32,000 nt of DNA from Pseudoalteromonas tetraodonis (GCF_002310835.1 NZ_CP011041.1:1710001-1742000), one strand, 5' to 3'; positions 9,074 to 19,939 are shown, numbered from the stretch's first letter. A program made the numbers and translations. The notes: generated by a model not told the origin, from the letters alone.

Positions 9074-9430
9074 ATGAATACTTCAATGTTTTTTACGGCT
9101 TGTGCTTTAATATTAAGCTAAGCATTAAGGAACCTCAAGGTGATAACTATGAATAACTATAATAGTTGTTTAAAGTCACTTAATGTCCGATACCGCCTAG
9201 TATTGGACTTAGCAGGCTTGAAACTTTTAAAATAGATCACTACTTATATATAGGCATGTTACTACCTATAATTTATATTATGTTAAATAGAATGTATATG
9301 TACTTAAGCAAACTAACTATCGGCAATTACGTCACTTATAAACATGGTATTTTAGCCCTTTTATTCGCACATTATTTATTTATAGTAATATGCTCTACTT
9401 TATTAAATATAAAAACGCTGTAATGACATT

Positions 9431-9856
9431 TTAATCAATCAAACTATTTAGCTCATCAATTAATTGCTTAAGCTGTTTAGTTTCGTCGTTTAGCTTTTGC
9501 TGATACTTTTTAACTTTTTCATGCTTACCTTGGCGCTTAGCTTTTTTAAGATCGGTTTTATATTCTTCAATTTCGCTATTGGTATCATCTATTTTTTGTT
9601 GCAACTCTGCTTTTAATCCATCATGAGTACAATATGCGTTTATATTATTGAGTGCTTTATTAAGACCTGCAACTTGGTGTGAATTACCTTGGCGTTTTGC
9701 AGTTAATAACTGGTGGTTAACTTCACAGGCTTTTTTCGCACACCCCGTTAAATCTGCACAATCATCTTTGGCCAATACGACTGTTGAACCGGCAAATAAA
9801 AAACTTATTGTAATACCTTTAATAATCGTCATTTTAGAGTTTTTATTATCTCGCAT
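9431..9856 (-). CDS. DUF1090 (YqjC-like) periplasmic coiled-coil protein
   Basis: Signal peptide ending VVLA-KDD. Cys pattern C..L.GC..K.C......CTH, then a Lys/Gln-rich coiled coil as in E. coli YqjC. Starts 27 nt after pfkA with SD AGAGGA. Confidence 0.7.
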   Translation of the reverse strand: MRDNKNSKMTIIKGITISFLFAGSTVVLAKDDCADLTGCAKKACEVNHQLLTAKRQGNSHQVAGLNKALNNINAYCTHDGLKAELQQKIDDTNSEIEEYKTDLKKAKRQGKHEKVKKYQQKLNDETKQLKQLIDELNSLID

Positions 9857-9883
9857 TGGTCATTATTCCTCTTTAATTCATTG

Positions 9884-10852
9884 TTAGCGGCAAAATACAG
9901 ATAACAGCCCTTGCAGCTCTTCATTTATAACATGTTGTTTTACAACATCTTGCATAGGAGTATTTGATACTTTGTTATTTAAAATACCCACCATTTTAGC
10001 GCTTTCTCCAGCACATAAAGCCTTAACACTGTGTACGCCTAATCTTATTGCTAACATACGATCCGCTGCAGATGGATTACCGCCGCGTTGTAAGTGCCCT
10101 AGCTTAGTTACGCGCAAATCTATACTGGGATTAACGGCACTTATTTTCTCACATATATGTTCAACGCCAATTTCATCACCTTCAGATACCACCACAATAA
10201 AAGCATGCTCACTGTGATAATCGCTAATTTTATCCACTAAATAAGTTATGTCTTCATCACTTTCAGGTATTAATATCGAATCGGCGCCAGAGGTTAAACC
10301 GGCATAAGTGCCAATATAACCAGAATCACGTCCCATTACTTCAATAACAAACACCCTATTATGTGATTCTGCAGTATCTCTAATATTATCAATACATTGC
10401 ATTGATGTGTTTACTGCGGTATCAAACCCTAAGGTGTAATCTGTACCCGCAATATCATTATCAATAGTGCCTGGAATGCCTATATACGGTATGTCAGTAA
10501 TTTGTGATAACCATAAACACCCTCTAAAGGAGCCATCTCCACCTATCACAATTAAAGCGTCAATATTATTATGTTCAATTGTGGCTAGTGCTTGATTTCT
10601 ACCGGCATCACCTTTAAATCTTTCACTACGCGCTGTTTTTAACACAGTACCACCTAAGTGCATGGTTTGTTGTAGGTTTTTGAAATCAAGTGTCACTAAA
10701 TCATTATCAATTAAACCCTCAAACCCTTTTCGAACGCCCGACACTTTTATTCCGTGTTGTTGAGCGGTTTTTACTATGGCAAATAATGCGGTGTTCATCC
10801 CAGGCGCATCGCCCCCTGAGGTTAATACGGCAATGTGTTTAATTGGCTGCAT
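9884..10852 (-). CDS. pfkA: ATP-dependent 6-phosphofructokinase
   Basis: Motifs TSGGDAPGMN, IGGDGS (Gly, the ATP-type signature), GIPGTIDND, MGR and HLQRGG. Confidence 0.93.
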   Translation of the reverse strand: MQPIKHIAVLTSGGDAPGMNTALFAIVKTAQQHGIKVSGVRKGFEGLIDNDLVTLDFKNLQQTMHLGGTVLKTARSERFKGDAGRNQALATIEHNNIDALIVIGGDGSFRGCLWLSQITDIPYIGIPGTIDNDIAGTDYTLGFDTAVNTSMQCIDNIRDTAESHNRVFVIEVMGRDSGYIGTYAGLTSGADSILIPESDEDITYLVDKISDYHSEHAFIVVVSEGDEIGVEHICEKISAVNPSIDLRVTKLGHLQRGGNPSAADRMLAIRLGVHSVKALCAGESAKMVGILNNKVSNTPMQDVVKQHVINEELQGLLSVFCR

Positions 10853-11003
10853 CGGTTCACATCCTTCGATAAGCTAAACTTTAATAATTCATAATAGCTG
10901 TTTATGAGTAGGCTGTGTAAAGTAAGCGCAGTAAAGTTGATCTACATAGGGTTTATTTGATTGTTTAATTAGTATGAAGGGAGCAGTTATAAATTGAAAA
11001 GTT

Positions 11004-11042
11004 GGTATGTTGCTTTTGCTTTTGCTTTTAAAACAACATACC
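11004..11042 (-). terminator. Terminator candidate after miaE
   Basis: GGTATGTTG / CAACATACC 9-bp stem. The loop holds three GCTTTT repeats (11012-11029). The minus-strand tail reads AACUUUUCAAUUU. Confidence 0.5.
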
Positions 11043-11049
11043 GTAATTT

Positions 11050-11622
11050 TTAATGAAGAGCCGCTGTAAAAGGAATGTTTTTACAAATTTCGGCTTCTAT
11101 TGTTAGTAACTCGTCTAAGCGTTCGTCAACTTCTTGCTTATCAAAGTATTCGTAGGCGAGTTCCACAAATAAATTTTTATGTTTTTCTTCTGATTTAGCA
11201 ATTGCGACATAAAAATCTTTTTCTTTTCCTTCAGGTAGTGCCTCGGCAACTAAAGAAAAACGTTCATGTCCCCTCGCCTCAATTACCCCACCTACTAATA
11301 GTCTGTCCATTAAAAAACCGTCACGACCATGCCTAAAGTGTGCACGAATTTGTTTAATGTATGGATCTTTTTTATCGTCACCCAAATTAGTATCGCGTTC
11401 AATTAATAGTTTAAGTACTTGTTTAAAATGAATTAACTCTTCAAGAGCTAAGTCAGTCATGGCTTTAACTAATTTACGCTTATCCGGATAATGTGAAAGC
11501 ATTGACATAGCCATGCCAGATGCTTTTTTTTCAGCAGCGGCGTGGTCTTGTAAAAAGGTTTCAAAGTCGGCTAAAACAACTTCGGTCCATTCAAATGGCG
11601 TGTGGTATTTTAATTCAAACAT
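11050..11622 (-). CDS. miaE: tRNA-(ms2io6A37) hydroxylase
   Basis: 190 aa with the MiaE-like N-terminus ...FLQDHAAAEKKASGMAMSM. Di-iron ExxH motifs at LEELIHF and IEARGHERF. Confidence 0.85.
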   Translation of the reverse strand: MFELKYHTPFEWTEVVLADFETFLQDHAAAEKKASGMAMSMLSHYPDKRKLVKAMTDLALEELIHFKQVLKLLIERDTNLGDDKKDPYIKQIRAHFRHGRDGFLMDRLLVGGVIEARGHERFSLVAEALPEGKEKDFYVAIAKSEEKHKNLFVELAYEYFDKQEVDERLDELLTIEAEICKNIPFTAALH

Positions 11623-11696
11623 AGGGATACAACTTATAAAATAATGCGTGGATTTTAGCGTATTTAAAAATAAAAATCTTTGATCGCGATTTAAAT

Positions 11697-12329
11697 TTAA
11701 CCTTCATAAGGCAAAAACTTATCGATCCGCCCTTTCGCCGTCGACTCAATTTTTAATGGGTGCTTTATATCGTTCCATGCAGTGACTTTACCGCCCATGT
11801 TCATTTTTTCAAAGCCAGCTAAGCTGCTGGTAATATTTAAAAACTCACATAGCTTATTAAAGCTCTCGGGATTTGCTATATCAATGGCTAAAAAATCATT
11901 AGGCCGGTCAGCAAAATAAGCATTAGCACTATTAAAATGAGTGTTATAACAATTAGTTAAATATTCATCCTGATTAATGTTTTCGAGTGAAAAATCATTA
12001 AACGTATTTAAATAACAGCGCTTTAAATGAATATTAAAGCCCCCATCAGCACGCGTTAAATTAGTATGCATACGCAGTAAAAGCTGTTTGATTGAAGGCA
12101 GCCACGCGCTAAGTTCTCGCTTTAAATATACAAATTTAGAACCTGAGTAATATTTATCTAATGTTTGATAATCGTTAAATACAGGTGTGTCTGCGATAGC
12201 CACCGCATTTTCAAAACAAGCGTTAGTGTAAGCAGTATGGGCAGTAGGTATACCAAAATCTAAAAATGCATTACATACGCTAGTCGTCCCAGTACGTGGT
12301 AAACCAATAATAAATATTTTTTGTGTCAT
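11697..12329 (-). CDS. Sulfotransferase family protein (PAPS-dependent, Sulfotransfer_4-like)
   Basis: 5-prime PSB loop IFIIGLPRTGTTSV and an R-x7-S element in YLKRELSAWLPS. 210 aa soluble protein. Confidence 0.7.
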   Translation of the reverse strand: MTQKIFIIGLPRTGTTSVCNAFLDFGIPTAHTAYTNACFENAVAIADTPVFNDYQTLDKYYSGSKFVYLKRELSAWLPSIKQLLLRMHTNLTRADGGFNIHLKRCYLNTFNDFSLENINQDEYLTNCYNTHFNSANAYFADRPNDFLAIDIANPESFNKLCEFLNITSSLAGFEKMNMGGKVTAWNDIKHPLKIESTAKGRIDKFLPYEG

Positions 12330-12335
12330 GGCGTT

Positions 12336-13235
12336 TTAAATGTCTTTTTCTGAAAACCAAAGTGATGCATCATTAAGGGGTGTTAATGCGGGTAATTGAT
12401 TGTTTTTTAATTTAATGATGTTTTTATTTTTTATATCTGCATGCTCAATCGCACTGCGATGATAAGCCTTAAACAAACGATCAAACTCACCGTTTTTACG
12501 CATAATAGCTAAGCCTTTCTCAACCGCTTGCGCTATTTCGGGCTTTTCTTTACTAAAAAAGAAGTAGATTGCACTTGGGTATTGCAACAATAAGTGTGGC
12601 ACTATCGTGAGGTTAGCACCGGCTTCATCTTTAAAGGTATTGAACTCAGTTTCAACCTCTAACACAGAACGAGGAAATACATCACCTCGGCCTTTTATCA
12701 ACATATTAAATAACGAACTATATTCGATTGATGTCGATACAGTTAAGCCGTTATCCTGCAGTATTTGTGTGTCAGGCCAATCATGCCCTTGAATAAAGTG
12801 TATGCTTTTAAAGTCGCTCAGGGTATTGATGTTTAATAAGGTATTCACTTTATCCTGTGTAGTTACCAAAACACGCCACCCATATAACCCCTTAAATATA
12901 GGCACTCTAACGGGTAGTAATTGTTGCTCACGCTGTTTAGAGGTCATGGTCCAAGCTACGTTTATTTCATCATTATGAAGAATTTGCTTTAACGCGCGGC
13001 TCTGTGGCATCGAAATACTTGAGGGTTGTAATGTAAAATTCTCTCCGCTGAATTGCAGAGCTGTTCTTAATAGTACTAACGGGTATAATATTTCATCTTC
13101 ACCACTGCGCATTGTTTTGGGGTATACAACATGCAAACTAGAAACGGTGTTTTTGCTATTATTTTCTATTGCCCATGCAAATGTTGTCAGTGAACTGAAA
13201 AAATATAAACATGTAAAAAAAATAGCTAACCGCAT
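12336..13235 (-). CDS. Orphan periplasmic substrate-binding-like protein (family 3 SBP fold)
   Basis: Signal peptide ...TTFAWA. Has the GRGDVFPRSVLE motif that I recall from orphan family-3 binding proteins of marine gammaproteobacteria. No permease or ATPase partner nearby. Confidence 0.5.
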   Translation of the reverse strand: MRLAIFFTCLYFFSSLTTFAWAIENNSKNTVSSLHVVYPKTMRSGEDEILYPLVLLRTALQFSGENFTLQPSSISMPQSRALKQILHNDEINVAWTMTSKQREQQLLPVRVPIFKGLYGWRVLVTTQDKVNTLLNINTLSDFKSIHFIQGHDWPDTQILQDNGLTVSTSIEYSSLFNMLIKGRGDVFPRSVLEVETEFNTFKDEAGANLTIVPHLLLQYPSAIYFFFSKEKPEIAQAVEKGLAIMRKNGEFDRLFKAYHRSAIEHADIKNKNIIKLKNNQLPALTPLNDASLWFSEKDI

Positions 13236-13241
13236 AATCGT

Positions 13242-13622
13242 TTATCTACTTAAAAGTAATAACACCGCGCTTACTATCACAATAGCAAAGGTGAACATCA
13301 TGCTCAATCCACGTGCCTTTAAATTATTGTTAATGATGGCAGAACCATGAACAACACGGCTGATAAATAATAAACCGCCTAGTGCATGTACATAATGACT
13401 AGCTAACCCTTGATACTCCAATAAAAAAACTAAAATTAAGCTAATGGGCACGTACTCAATAAAATTACCATGCGCTCGGGTTGCACGTTCAAGCGCGGTA
13501 TTACTGCCATTACCTAACGAAATCCCTTCGGCTTTACGTATTTTTATAATATTAACACTCAAATAAATATAATAAAGGGCCAATAAGGCCGCATAGCTAG
13601 ATATGATCACAGTATAGTCCAT
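13242..13622 (-). CDS. MAPEG family membrane protein (YecN-like)
   Basis: 126 aa with 3-4 TM helices. Motif RAHGNFIEYVPISLILVFLLE parallels YecN/MAPEG (R.HGN..EY.P). Confidence 0.75.
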   Translation of the reverse strand: MDYTVIISSYAALLALYYIYLSVNIIKIRKAEGISLGNGSNTALERATRAHGNFIEYVPISLILVFLLEYQGLASHYVHALGGLLFISRVVHGSAIINNNLKARGLSMMFTFAIVIVSAVLLLLSR

Positions 13623-13730
13623 TTAATTTTTCAGCAATAATAACACATAAGTTAAGCGGTAAATCAGTAGTTTTATCATGAACTATGCTAGAGTAATTTA
13701 TACATTGGAATAGAAATAAGTAAGGATAAT

Positions 13731-15092
13731 ATGTATTTAAGAACAAAAATCACCAATCACTATCGTGAAATAATAAACAGTATTGGCTTTTATCCCTCGC
13801 TCCTGTCTGTTGCGTTTTTAATTTTTGCTGTACTCACTATGTCTGTTGAGTATTTAGCCCCTATAGAGCAATTTAAATCATTAATCTCATTTGTATTAGT
13901 AGACAGTGCAGAAAACGCACGAACCATATTAAGCACCTTAGCTGGTAGTATTATTTCGTTAACCGTATTTAGTTTTTCTATGGTGATGGTGGTTTTAAAT
14001 GCGGCCAGCGCTAGCTTGTCACCCAGAGTCGTTCCTGGGCTTATTACCCGTAAATCGCATCAAATGGTATTAGGGTTTTATTTAGGCAGTATTATTTATT
14101 CTATTATAATGCTCATTAATATTAATAAGTTAGATAACGGAAATACGGCAATACCCTCATTAGGGGTACTCTTTGCGTTAATTTTTGGTTTGATTTCTTT
14201 GGGCTTGTTCGTTTTTTTTATTCACTCTATTTCAAAAGCAATTCAGGTTGATAACGTATTAAATGGTTTATTTAGACAAACCAAACAAGAGATCCAAGAC
14301 ATCATCAACAAACAAGGCGATAACCCCGTTGATAACTTTCCTGAATTTTCAAATTGGCATTCAATAAAAAGTACTACTGAGGGTTACTACAAAGGGGTTC
14401 ACACAAATAAGCTGTGTGCTATTTTGGCTGAAGAAAAAATAAAACTTTTTATTACTGTTAAGCAAGGTTACTTTACCGTTAAAGGCTACCCTTTCTTAAA
14501 GTGTAATAAAGACATTTGTGAAAACGAAGAGTTAATAGAGAAAATTTTAGACTGCTTTATTTTTTATATAGAAGAATACATCAGCGATCATTACCGTTAT
14601 GGATTAACCCAAATTTCTGAAATTGCGGTAAAAGCAATGAGCCCCGGGATTAACGATCCGGGCACAGCGGTTAAAGCTATTGATATGCTGAGTATTTTAT
14701 TGATTGCTCGCCTAAAGATTAATGCGATTAACTACGCGTATTATCAACCAGAAGAAGCCCCTTTGCTCTATTTCCATGAAACCAGTTTTGATGAATTACT
14801 GCACGATAACTTCACTCCTTTGCGTAATTATGCCAAAGCAGATGCCTATGTAATGACCAATGTTATTGAAGCATTTAAAAATATTTTGTTTATTGCCAAC
14901 GAGGATGTTGAAGCTCGAAACAGTGTGTTTAATTATTTAGGTGCCATTGTTGATGATATTAATCAGCACATTTGTAATGAGTATGACCGGCGAGAAATTA
15001 GAAATATGCTACAAGCAATAGTGCGAATTAGTGAGTTACAAGGTAAGCAGTTGGTGGCACGTTTTGAGCAGCACCAACCTATTAGCGAGTAG
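13731..15092 (+). CDS. DUF2254 family membrane protein
   Basis: N-terminal 4-TM region containing FSFSMVMVVLNAASASLSPRV....QMVLGFYLG, a DUF2254 hallmark, followed by a large soluble C-terminal domain. SD AAGGA precedes the ATG. Confidence 0.65.
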   Translation: MYLRTKITNHYREIINSIGFYPSLLSVAFLIFAVLTMSVEYLAPIEQFKSLISFVLVDSAENARTILSTLAGSIISLTVFSFSMVMVVLNAASASLSPRVVPGLITRKSHQMVLGFYLGSIIYSIIMLININKLDNGNTAIPSLGVLFALIFGLISLGLFVFFIHSISKAIQVDNVLNGLFRQTKQEIQDIINKQGDNPVDNFPEFSNWHSIKSTTEGYYKGVHTNKLCAILAEEKIKLFITVKQGYFTVKGYPFLKCNKDICENEELIEKILDCFIFYIEEYISDHYRYGLTQISEIAVKAMSPGINDPGTAVKAIDMLSILLIARLKINAINYAYYQPEEAPLLYFHETSFDELLHDNFTPLRNYAKADAYVMTNVIEAFKNILFIANEDVEARNSVFNYLGAIVDDINQHICNEYDRREIRNMLQAIVRISELQGKQLVARFEQHQPISE

Positions 15093-15112
15093 GCTCTGTA
15101 AAGCTATTTATT

Positions 15113-15147
15113 CTGCCGAGGGGCAAAGAGTTATCGCTCCTCGGCAG
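15113..15147. terminator. Hairpin between convergent DUF2254 and SIMPL genes
   Basis: CTGCCGAGG / CCTCGGCAG 9-bp GC-rich stem with a 17-nt loop. No clean T-run on either side. Confidence 0.4.
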
Positions 15148-15178
15148 CGCCTATTTGGCATTGAAAGATCATCAAACC

Positions 15179-15889
15179 CTAATCTATATAATAAATTGCA
15201 TAGCTTGACGCGCTAATAGTAATTTCACCCGCATGATAGGCTTCTGGGACATAATTACCAGGTGCACTGTCTGCCATCATTACTTTTTCACTGCGCATGT
15301 ACGGTGTTGATGGCATATCAAGCGGGGTTAACGACGCGCTATATAAGCCTTTTAACTCTACATCAAAGTCGTCACTTAGCTCTTTTGCCGCGACTTTAGC
15401 TTGTTTAATTGCCATTTTTTGTGCTTTTTTATGCAGCTCATCGTAGTTGCTAGCTAAAAATTGCGTTTGTCTAATTTCATTAATGCCATTATTAACTAAG
15501 CTCTGTAGCAATTCAGGGTATTTATTAATTGCAGAGAGTTTAATGGTGAGCGTTCTTGATACTTTAAAGCCAGTAAACTCTTGTTTACCTGTTTCACGAT
15601 TATATTGGTTATCACGGTATATAGAAATTTGACCGGCATTAATATCCGCATCATCTACCCCTAGTTTTTTTACTAAACTTATTGCACTAGCCATAGTGGT
15701 ATCGGTTTGTTTTTTTGCTGCAATTAAGTCTTTATCTATTTCAGTAATGCCCACCGTTAATAAAACATGATCCGGCATCGTCGTTACTGAAGCTTCACCT
15801 TTAACATAAATATGCGGCTCTTCTGGGGCGTTGCTTGCATAAGCTGATGTACTGAGTAATGCGGCGATTAAAATCGAAAGCGTTTTCAT
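15179..15889 (-). CDS. SIMPL domain (DUF541) periplasmic protein, YggE-like
   Basis: Signal peptide MKTLSILIAALLSTSAYA, then the characteristic I.V.GEA...PD......GV start of the SIMPL domain. 236 aa. Confidence 0.8.
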   Translation of the reverse strand: MKTLSILIAALLSTSAYASNAPEEPHIYVKGEASVTTMPDHVLLTVGITEIDKDLIAAKKQTDTTMASAISLVKKLGVDDADINAGQISIYRDNQYNRETGKQEFTGFKVSRTLTIKLSAINKYPELLQSLVNNGINEIRQTQFLASNYDELHKKAQKMAIKQAKVAAKELSDDFDVELKGLYSASLTPLDMPSTPYMRSEKVMMADSAPGNYVPEAYHAGEITISASSYAIYYID

Positions 15890-15958
15890 AAGTCTATCCT
15901 TTTAAATTTGATTGCCTCAGTTAACACCTTATGCGGTTAATTAAAGATGAACAAGCAT

Positions 15959-15985
15959 AAAAAAACAGGCAAAAGCCTGTTTTTT
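15959..15985 (-). terminator. Rho-independent terminator after maeA (symmetric, bidirectional-capable)
   Basis: AAAAAAACAGGC-AAAA-GCCTGTTTTT, 14 nt downstream of the maeA stop. Confidence 0.8.
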
Positions 15986-15999
15986 AATCTCTACTGTAA

Positions 16000-17694
16000 T
16001 TAAATACTGCAACGCTTGTAGTTACGGTATTTTGGTAACCAGTAGTTTTTGTCGATGGCTGCCCACAGCGCATCGTCTGAAATTTCAAGGGCTACGCCCT
16101 CTTCAATTGCTTTTTTAGCCACTGCAAACGCAATACGTTTACTAAGCGTTTCAATTTCAGTCAGTGCCGGTAGTAAGCTGCCTTTACCTGTATTAGCTAA
16201 AGGTGACGACTCAGCCAACATTTCGCTCGACATTATTAGCATCGCATCGGTAATGCGGGTTGCTTTGGCGGCAATAACACCTAAGCCAATACCTGGGAAT
16301 ATGTAACTATTATTACATTGTGGAATTGGGTAAGTCACACCGTTATAAACAACTGGGTCGAATGGGCTGCCAGTTGCAACAATTGCTTTGCCATCGGTCC
16401 ATTTAATTACATCTTCTGGATACGCTTCAACTTGCTTAGATGGATTACTTAACGGGAAAATAATTGGCGATTCACATTTAGCATGCATAGCGCGAATGAC
16501 TTGTTCGGTAAATAAGCCAGGTTGGCCTGATACACCAATTAAAATATCTGGTTCAGCACAATGCATTACATCTAATAACGACGCGTATTCACCGCTGTAG
16601 ATCCAATCAGCTAAGCAGCTAGTTGGTTGTGCAAGCATTTGTTGAAAGTCACGTAAGCCTTGCATACCATCTGTTAATAAGCCAAAACGGTCAACCATAA
16701 AGACTTGGCTACGTGCCTGTGCTTCACTAATACCCTCAGCAACCATAGTGCTAACGATTTGTTCAGCAATACCACAGCCTGCAGAGCCTGCGCCTACAAA
16801 AACAACTTTTTGAGTTGATAATTTAGCACCTTTAACACGACATGCTGCTAATAAAGAGCCCACAGTGACCGATGCAGTTCCTTGAATATCATCATTAAAA
16901 CTACAAATTTCGTTGCGGTAACGCTTTAATAATGGCATTGCATTAGGCTGAGCAAAATCTTCAAACTGCAATAACACATTTGGCCAGCGACGTTTTACTG
17001 CTTTAATGAATAAGTCTAAAAACTCATCGTATTCATCTTGTGTAATACGTTTATGGCGAGCACCCATGTACATTGGGTCGTTTAATAATTTTTCGTTATT
17101 GGTTCCCACATCGAGCATAACCGGTAACGTATAAGCTGGGCTAATACCGCCACACGCGGTATACAAAGAAAGTTTACCAATTGGAATGCCCATACCGCCA
17201 ATACCTTGGTCGCCAAGACCTAAAATACGCTCACCGTCGGTAACAACAATCACTTTTACTTTGCCTTTTGTGGCATTACGTAAAATATCGTCAATGTGAA
17301 AGCGATCTTCATACGAAATAAATAAACCACGGGCACTGCGATAAATATCAGAAAACTTTTCACAGGCATCACCCACTGTTGGGGTGTAGATAATAGGCAT
17401 CATTTCTTCGATATGATCGCGCACTAAACGGTAAAAAAGCGTTTCGTTATTATCTTGAATGGCGCGTAAATAAATGTGCTTATTTAAGTTGTCGTTAAAA
17501 CTTGAGTATTGTTGGTAACAACGCTCAACTTGTTCTTCTATTGTTTCGTAACGAGGAGGAAGTAAACCAGCAAGATTAAAGTTTTCACGTTCTTTTTGGC
17601 TAAAAGCACTTCCTTTATTCAATAGCGGGGTTTCAATTAGGCCTGGGCCAGAATAAGGAATATAAAGATAATTTGGATCGGTATTTGTAGTCAT
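16000..17694 (-). CDS. maeA: NAD-dependent malic enzyme
   Basis: 564 aa with malic enzyme motifs [25 protein letters not shown] and GAGSAG (NAD fold). Full-length similarity to SfcA/MaeA. Confidence 0.95.
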   Translation of the reverse strand: MTTNTDPNYLYIPYSGPGLIETPLLNKGSAFSQKERENFNLAGLLPPRYETIEEQVERCYQQYSSFNDNLNKHIYLRAIQDNNETLFYRLVRDHIEEMMPIIYTPTVGDACEKFSDIYRSARGLFISYEDRFHIDDILRNATKGKVKVIVVTDGERILGLGDQGIGGMGIPIGKLSLYTACGGISPAYTLPVMLDVGTNNEKLLNDPMYMGARHKRITQDEYDEFLDLFIKAVKRRWPNVLLQFEDFAQPNAMPLLKRYRNEICSFNDDIQGTASVTVGSLLAACRVKGAKLSTQKVVFVGAGSAGCGIAEQIVSTMVAEGISEAQARSQVFMVDRFGLLTDGMQGLRDFQQMLAQPTSCLADWIYSGEYASLLDVMHCAEPDILIGVSGQPGLFTEQVIRAMHAKCESPIIFPLSNPSKQVEAYPEDVIKWTDGKAIVATGSPFDPVVYNGVTYPIPQCNNSYIFPGIGLGVIAAKATRITDAMLIMSSEMLAESSPLANTGKGSLLPALTEIETLSKRIAFAVAKKAIEEGVALEISDDALWAAIDKNYWLPKYRNYKRCSI

Positions 17695-18014
17695 ATTTCC
17701 AAGCTTTACTGAATCTTAAGTAATGATCTGCCATTATCATTGTTAAAGGCTAAATTGCAATGACATTTAAGCTTGTCAGACCATTGAAAATTTACAAATA
17801 CAAGCGCTACTTTAGTATAAAGTCACTCATATTTGGTGAACATGTTAGCAGGCTGTTGTGAATTTATAAAAATTAAAAACGGGCATTAGACCAGCGTTTG
17901 CTGTGTGCAATGGTTACAACAGTGTCAGTTATTTTTAGGTTTGCTAATTTTTTACATTAGTTAACATACTATTTTCAATCAAATAATCATTAACTATTAA
18001 GCTATTACATAAAT

Positions 18015-18050
18015 AACAGCAGGTAATACATTAGCTGCAAACCTGCTGTT
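18015..18050 (-). terminator. Terminator candidate after ggt
   Basis: AACAGCAGGT / ACCTGCTGTT perfect 10-bp stem with a 16-nt loop, 14 nt after the ggt stop. The minus-strand tail reads AUUUAUGUAAU. Confidence 0.5.
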
Positions 18051-18063
18051 GATTATACATGTT

Positions 18064-19842
18064 TTAGAATTTAAATGAGGCTTTATTATTACTTAAATCC
18101 GATAATGCCATCCCTTCCCTGCGAGGATCGGCGGCGCCATACAAACGGTTATTTTTAACTTCTACCGCATGCAGCCCAGAGTTTAAGTCAATCACGCGCA
18201 CATCATGGCCGCGCTTTTTAAGCTTTGGTACCACTGCTTCAAGTGCAGTGCCTTTTTCTACGCTGGTGTAGTCGTTGCGATTAGTGGTTCGCGGTAAATT
18301 AATGGCTTGTTGCGCGTTTAAATTCCAATCTAAAACGCCAATAACAACTTGCGCTACATAATCAATAATGCGACTACCACCAGGAGAGCCGACCACTAAA
18401 CGTAAGCTCCCATCTTGATTAAATACCATTACGGGTGACATTGAGCTGCGCGGACGTTTATGGGCTTCTACTCTGTTAGCCACTAACTTGCCATTTTTAC
18501 GCGGCGAGAGTGAAAAATCAGTCAGCTGATTGTTTAAAATGAAGCCATTAACCATGACCGTCGAACCAAACGCCATTTCTATAGAGCTGGTCATCGAAAC
18601 AGCATTGCCTTTGCTATCAACAATCGAGACATGTGACGTAGACGGAAGTTCAAAAGAGTCATCATTTGCGTAGCTTAAGTAATCAACTGGATCACCAGGA
18701 AATGCTTTTTTATCTTCTTCGCTAATTAACTTTGCGCGGGTAGCAATGTAATCTTTGTTTAATAACTCCTCGGTAGGGACTTGGGTAAAATCAGGATCGC
18801 CAATGTATTTATTTCGATCAGCAAACGCAATGCGCGATGCTTGGCTAAAGTAATGAATAGCCTCTGCGCTATTAGCTTTAATATTGGCCATATCTTTATG
18901 TTCAAGCAAGCCTAAAATTTGTAGCACCGCTACACCGCCACTACTAGGTGGTGCCATTGAGCACACTTTGTAAACGCGGTATTTAATACATACAGGGGCG
19001 CGCTCTTTGCTGGTGTAGTTAGCAAGATCTTGTACAGATAATTTACCCGGGGCAATTTTTGATTTCTGCACTGCACTTACCATGGCTTTTGCATTATCAC
19101 CTTTATAAAAAGCATCAATCCCTTGTGAGGCAATGTCTTTGTATAAATTAGCAAGCGGCTGGTTTTTTTTAATACTGCCTACTTTGATCACTTCACCATT
19201 GGGGAAAAAATACTCATTGATCACCGGCATACTCATAACACCCGGGTTTAACTGCCTAACGAGTAAGCCATGTAATCGTGGAGATACTTCAAACCCTTGT
19301 TCGGCTAGTGCAATAGCTGGCTTAAATAACGTTGCCCATGGCAAATTACCATATTGTTTATGGGCACTGGCAAACGCATGTAAAATACCTGGTACACCCA
19401 CAGAGCGACCACCTACAACTGCTTCAATCCATTTAACAGCTTTGCCATGTTCATTTAAAAACAGGTTTTCATCGGCATTACTGGGGGCTGTTTCGCGACC
19501 ATCAAAACTGGTGAGTTTATTGTTAGCTTTGTTGTAATACATCATAAACGTACCACCACCAATGCCTGATGACTGCGGCTCAACTAATGTAAGCACTAAT
19601 TGGGTGGCAATTGCGGCATCTACGGCGCTTCCGCCTTGGGCTAAAATGGCCTTTCCCGCTTGTGAGGCATAAGGATTTGCAGCCGCAACCATGTATTTAT
19701 CGCCAGGTACTAATTGCTTTTGTACTACCCCTGTGGCGGCTTCTGGTTCACGGGTTTCAATTTGGCTTGCTTGCTGTGCAAATAAAGGGAAAGACAGTGC
19801 ACTTAAAGAGAGAGCAAATAAAGAGTTGAGCTTAAAATTCAT
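18064..19842 (-). CDS. ggt: Gamma-glutamyltransferase
   Basis: Signal peptide. Autoprocessing and nucleophile region ELPSTSHVSIVDSKGNAVSMTSSIE. GGT motifs GIGGG and SPGGSRII. Confidence 0.95.
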   Translation of the reverse strand: MNFKLNSLFALSLSALSFPLFAQQASQIETREPEAATGVVQKQLVPGDKYMVAAANPYASQAGKAILAQGGSAVDAAIATQLVLTLVEPQSSGIGGGTFMMYYNKANNKLTSFDGRETAPSNADENLFLNEHGKAVKWIEAVVGGRSVGVPGILHAFASAHKQYGNLPWATLFKPAIALAEQGFEVSPRLHGLLVRQLNPGVMSMPVINEYFFPNGEVIKVGSIKKNQPLANLYKDIASQGIDAFYKGDNAKAMVSAVQKSKIAPGKLSVQDLANYTSKERAPVCIKYRVYKVCSMAPPSSGGVAVLQILGLLEHKDMANIKANSAEAIHYFSQASRIAFADRNKYIGDPDFTQVPTEELLNKDYIATRAKLISEEDKKAFPGDPVDYLSYANDDSFELPSTSHVSIVDSKGNAVSMTSSIEMAFGSTVMVNGFILNNQLTDFSLSPRKNGKLVANRVEAHKRPRSSMSPVMVFNQDGSLRLVVGSPGGSRIIDYVAQVVIGVLDWNLNAQQAINLPRTTNRNDYTSVEKGTALEAVVPKLKKRGHDVRVIDLNSGLHAVEVKNNRLYGAADPRREGMALSDLSNNKASFKF

Positions 19843-19939
19843 AATTACTGATTAAACTTAAATTGCATGGAAGATAATTGGCATCTTAAAGTTAAACAGG
19901 CACAATATGCAAAAATAAATATAAAAAAATGATCATTAA

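Noticed and set aside
9280-9423. 47-aa plus-strand ORF (MLNRMYMYLSKLTIGNYV...) in the 357-bp region upstream of the receiver/MoxR operon.
   Set aside because: No SD, AT-rich codon content typical of intergenic DNA, and no recognisable family. Probably a chance ORF in the promoter region.
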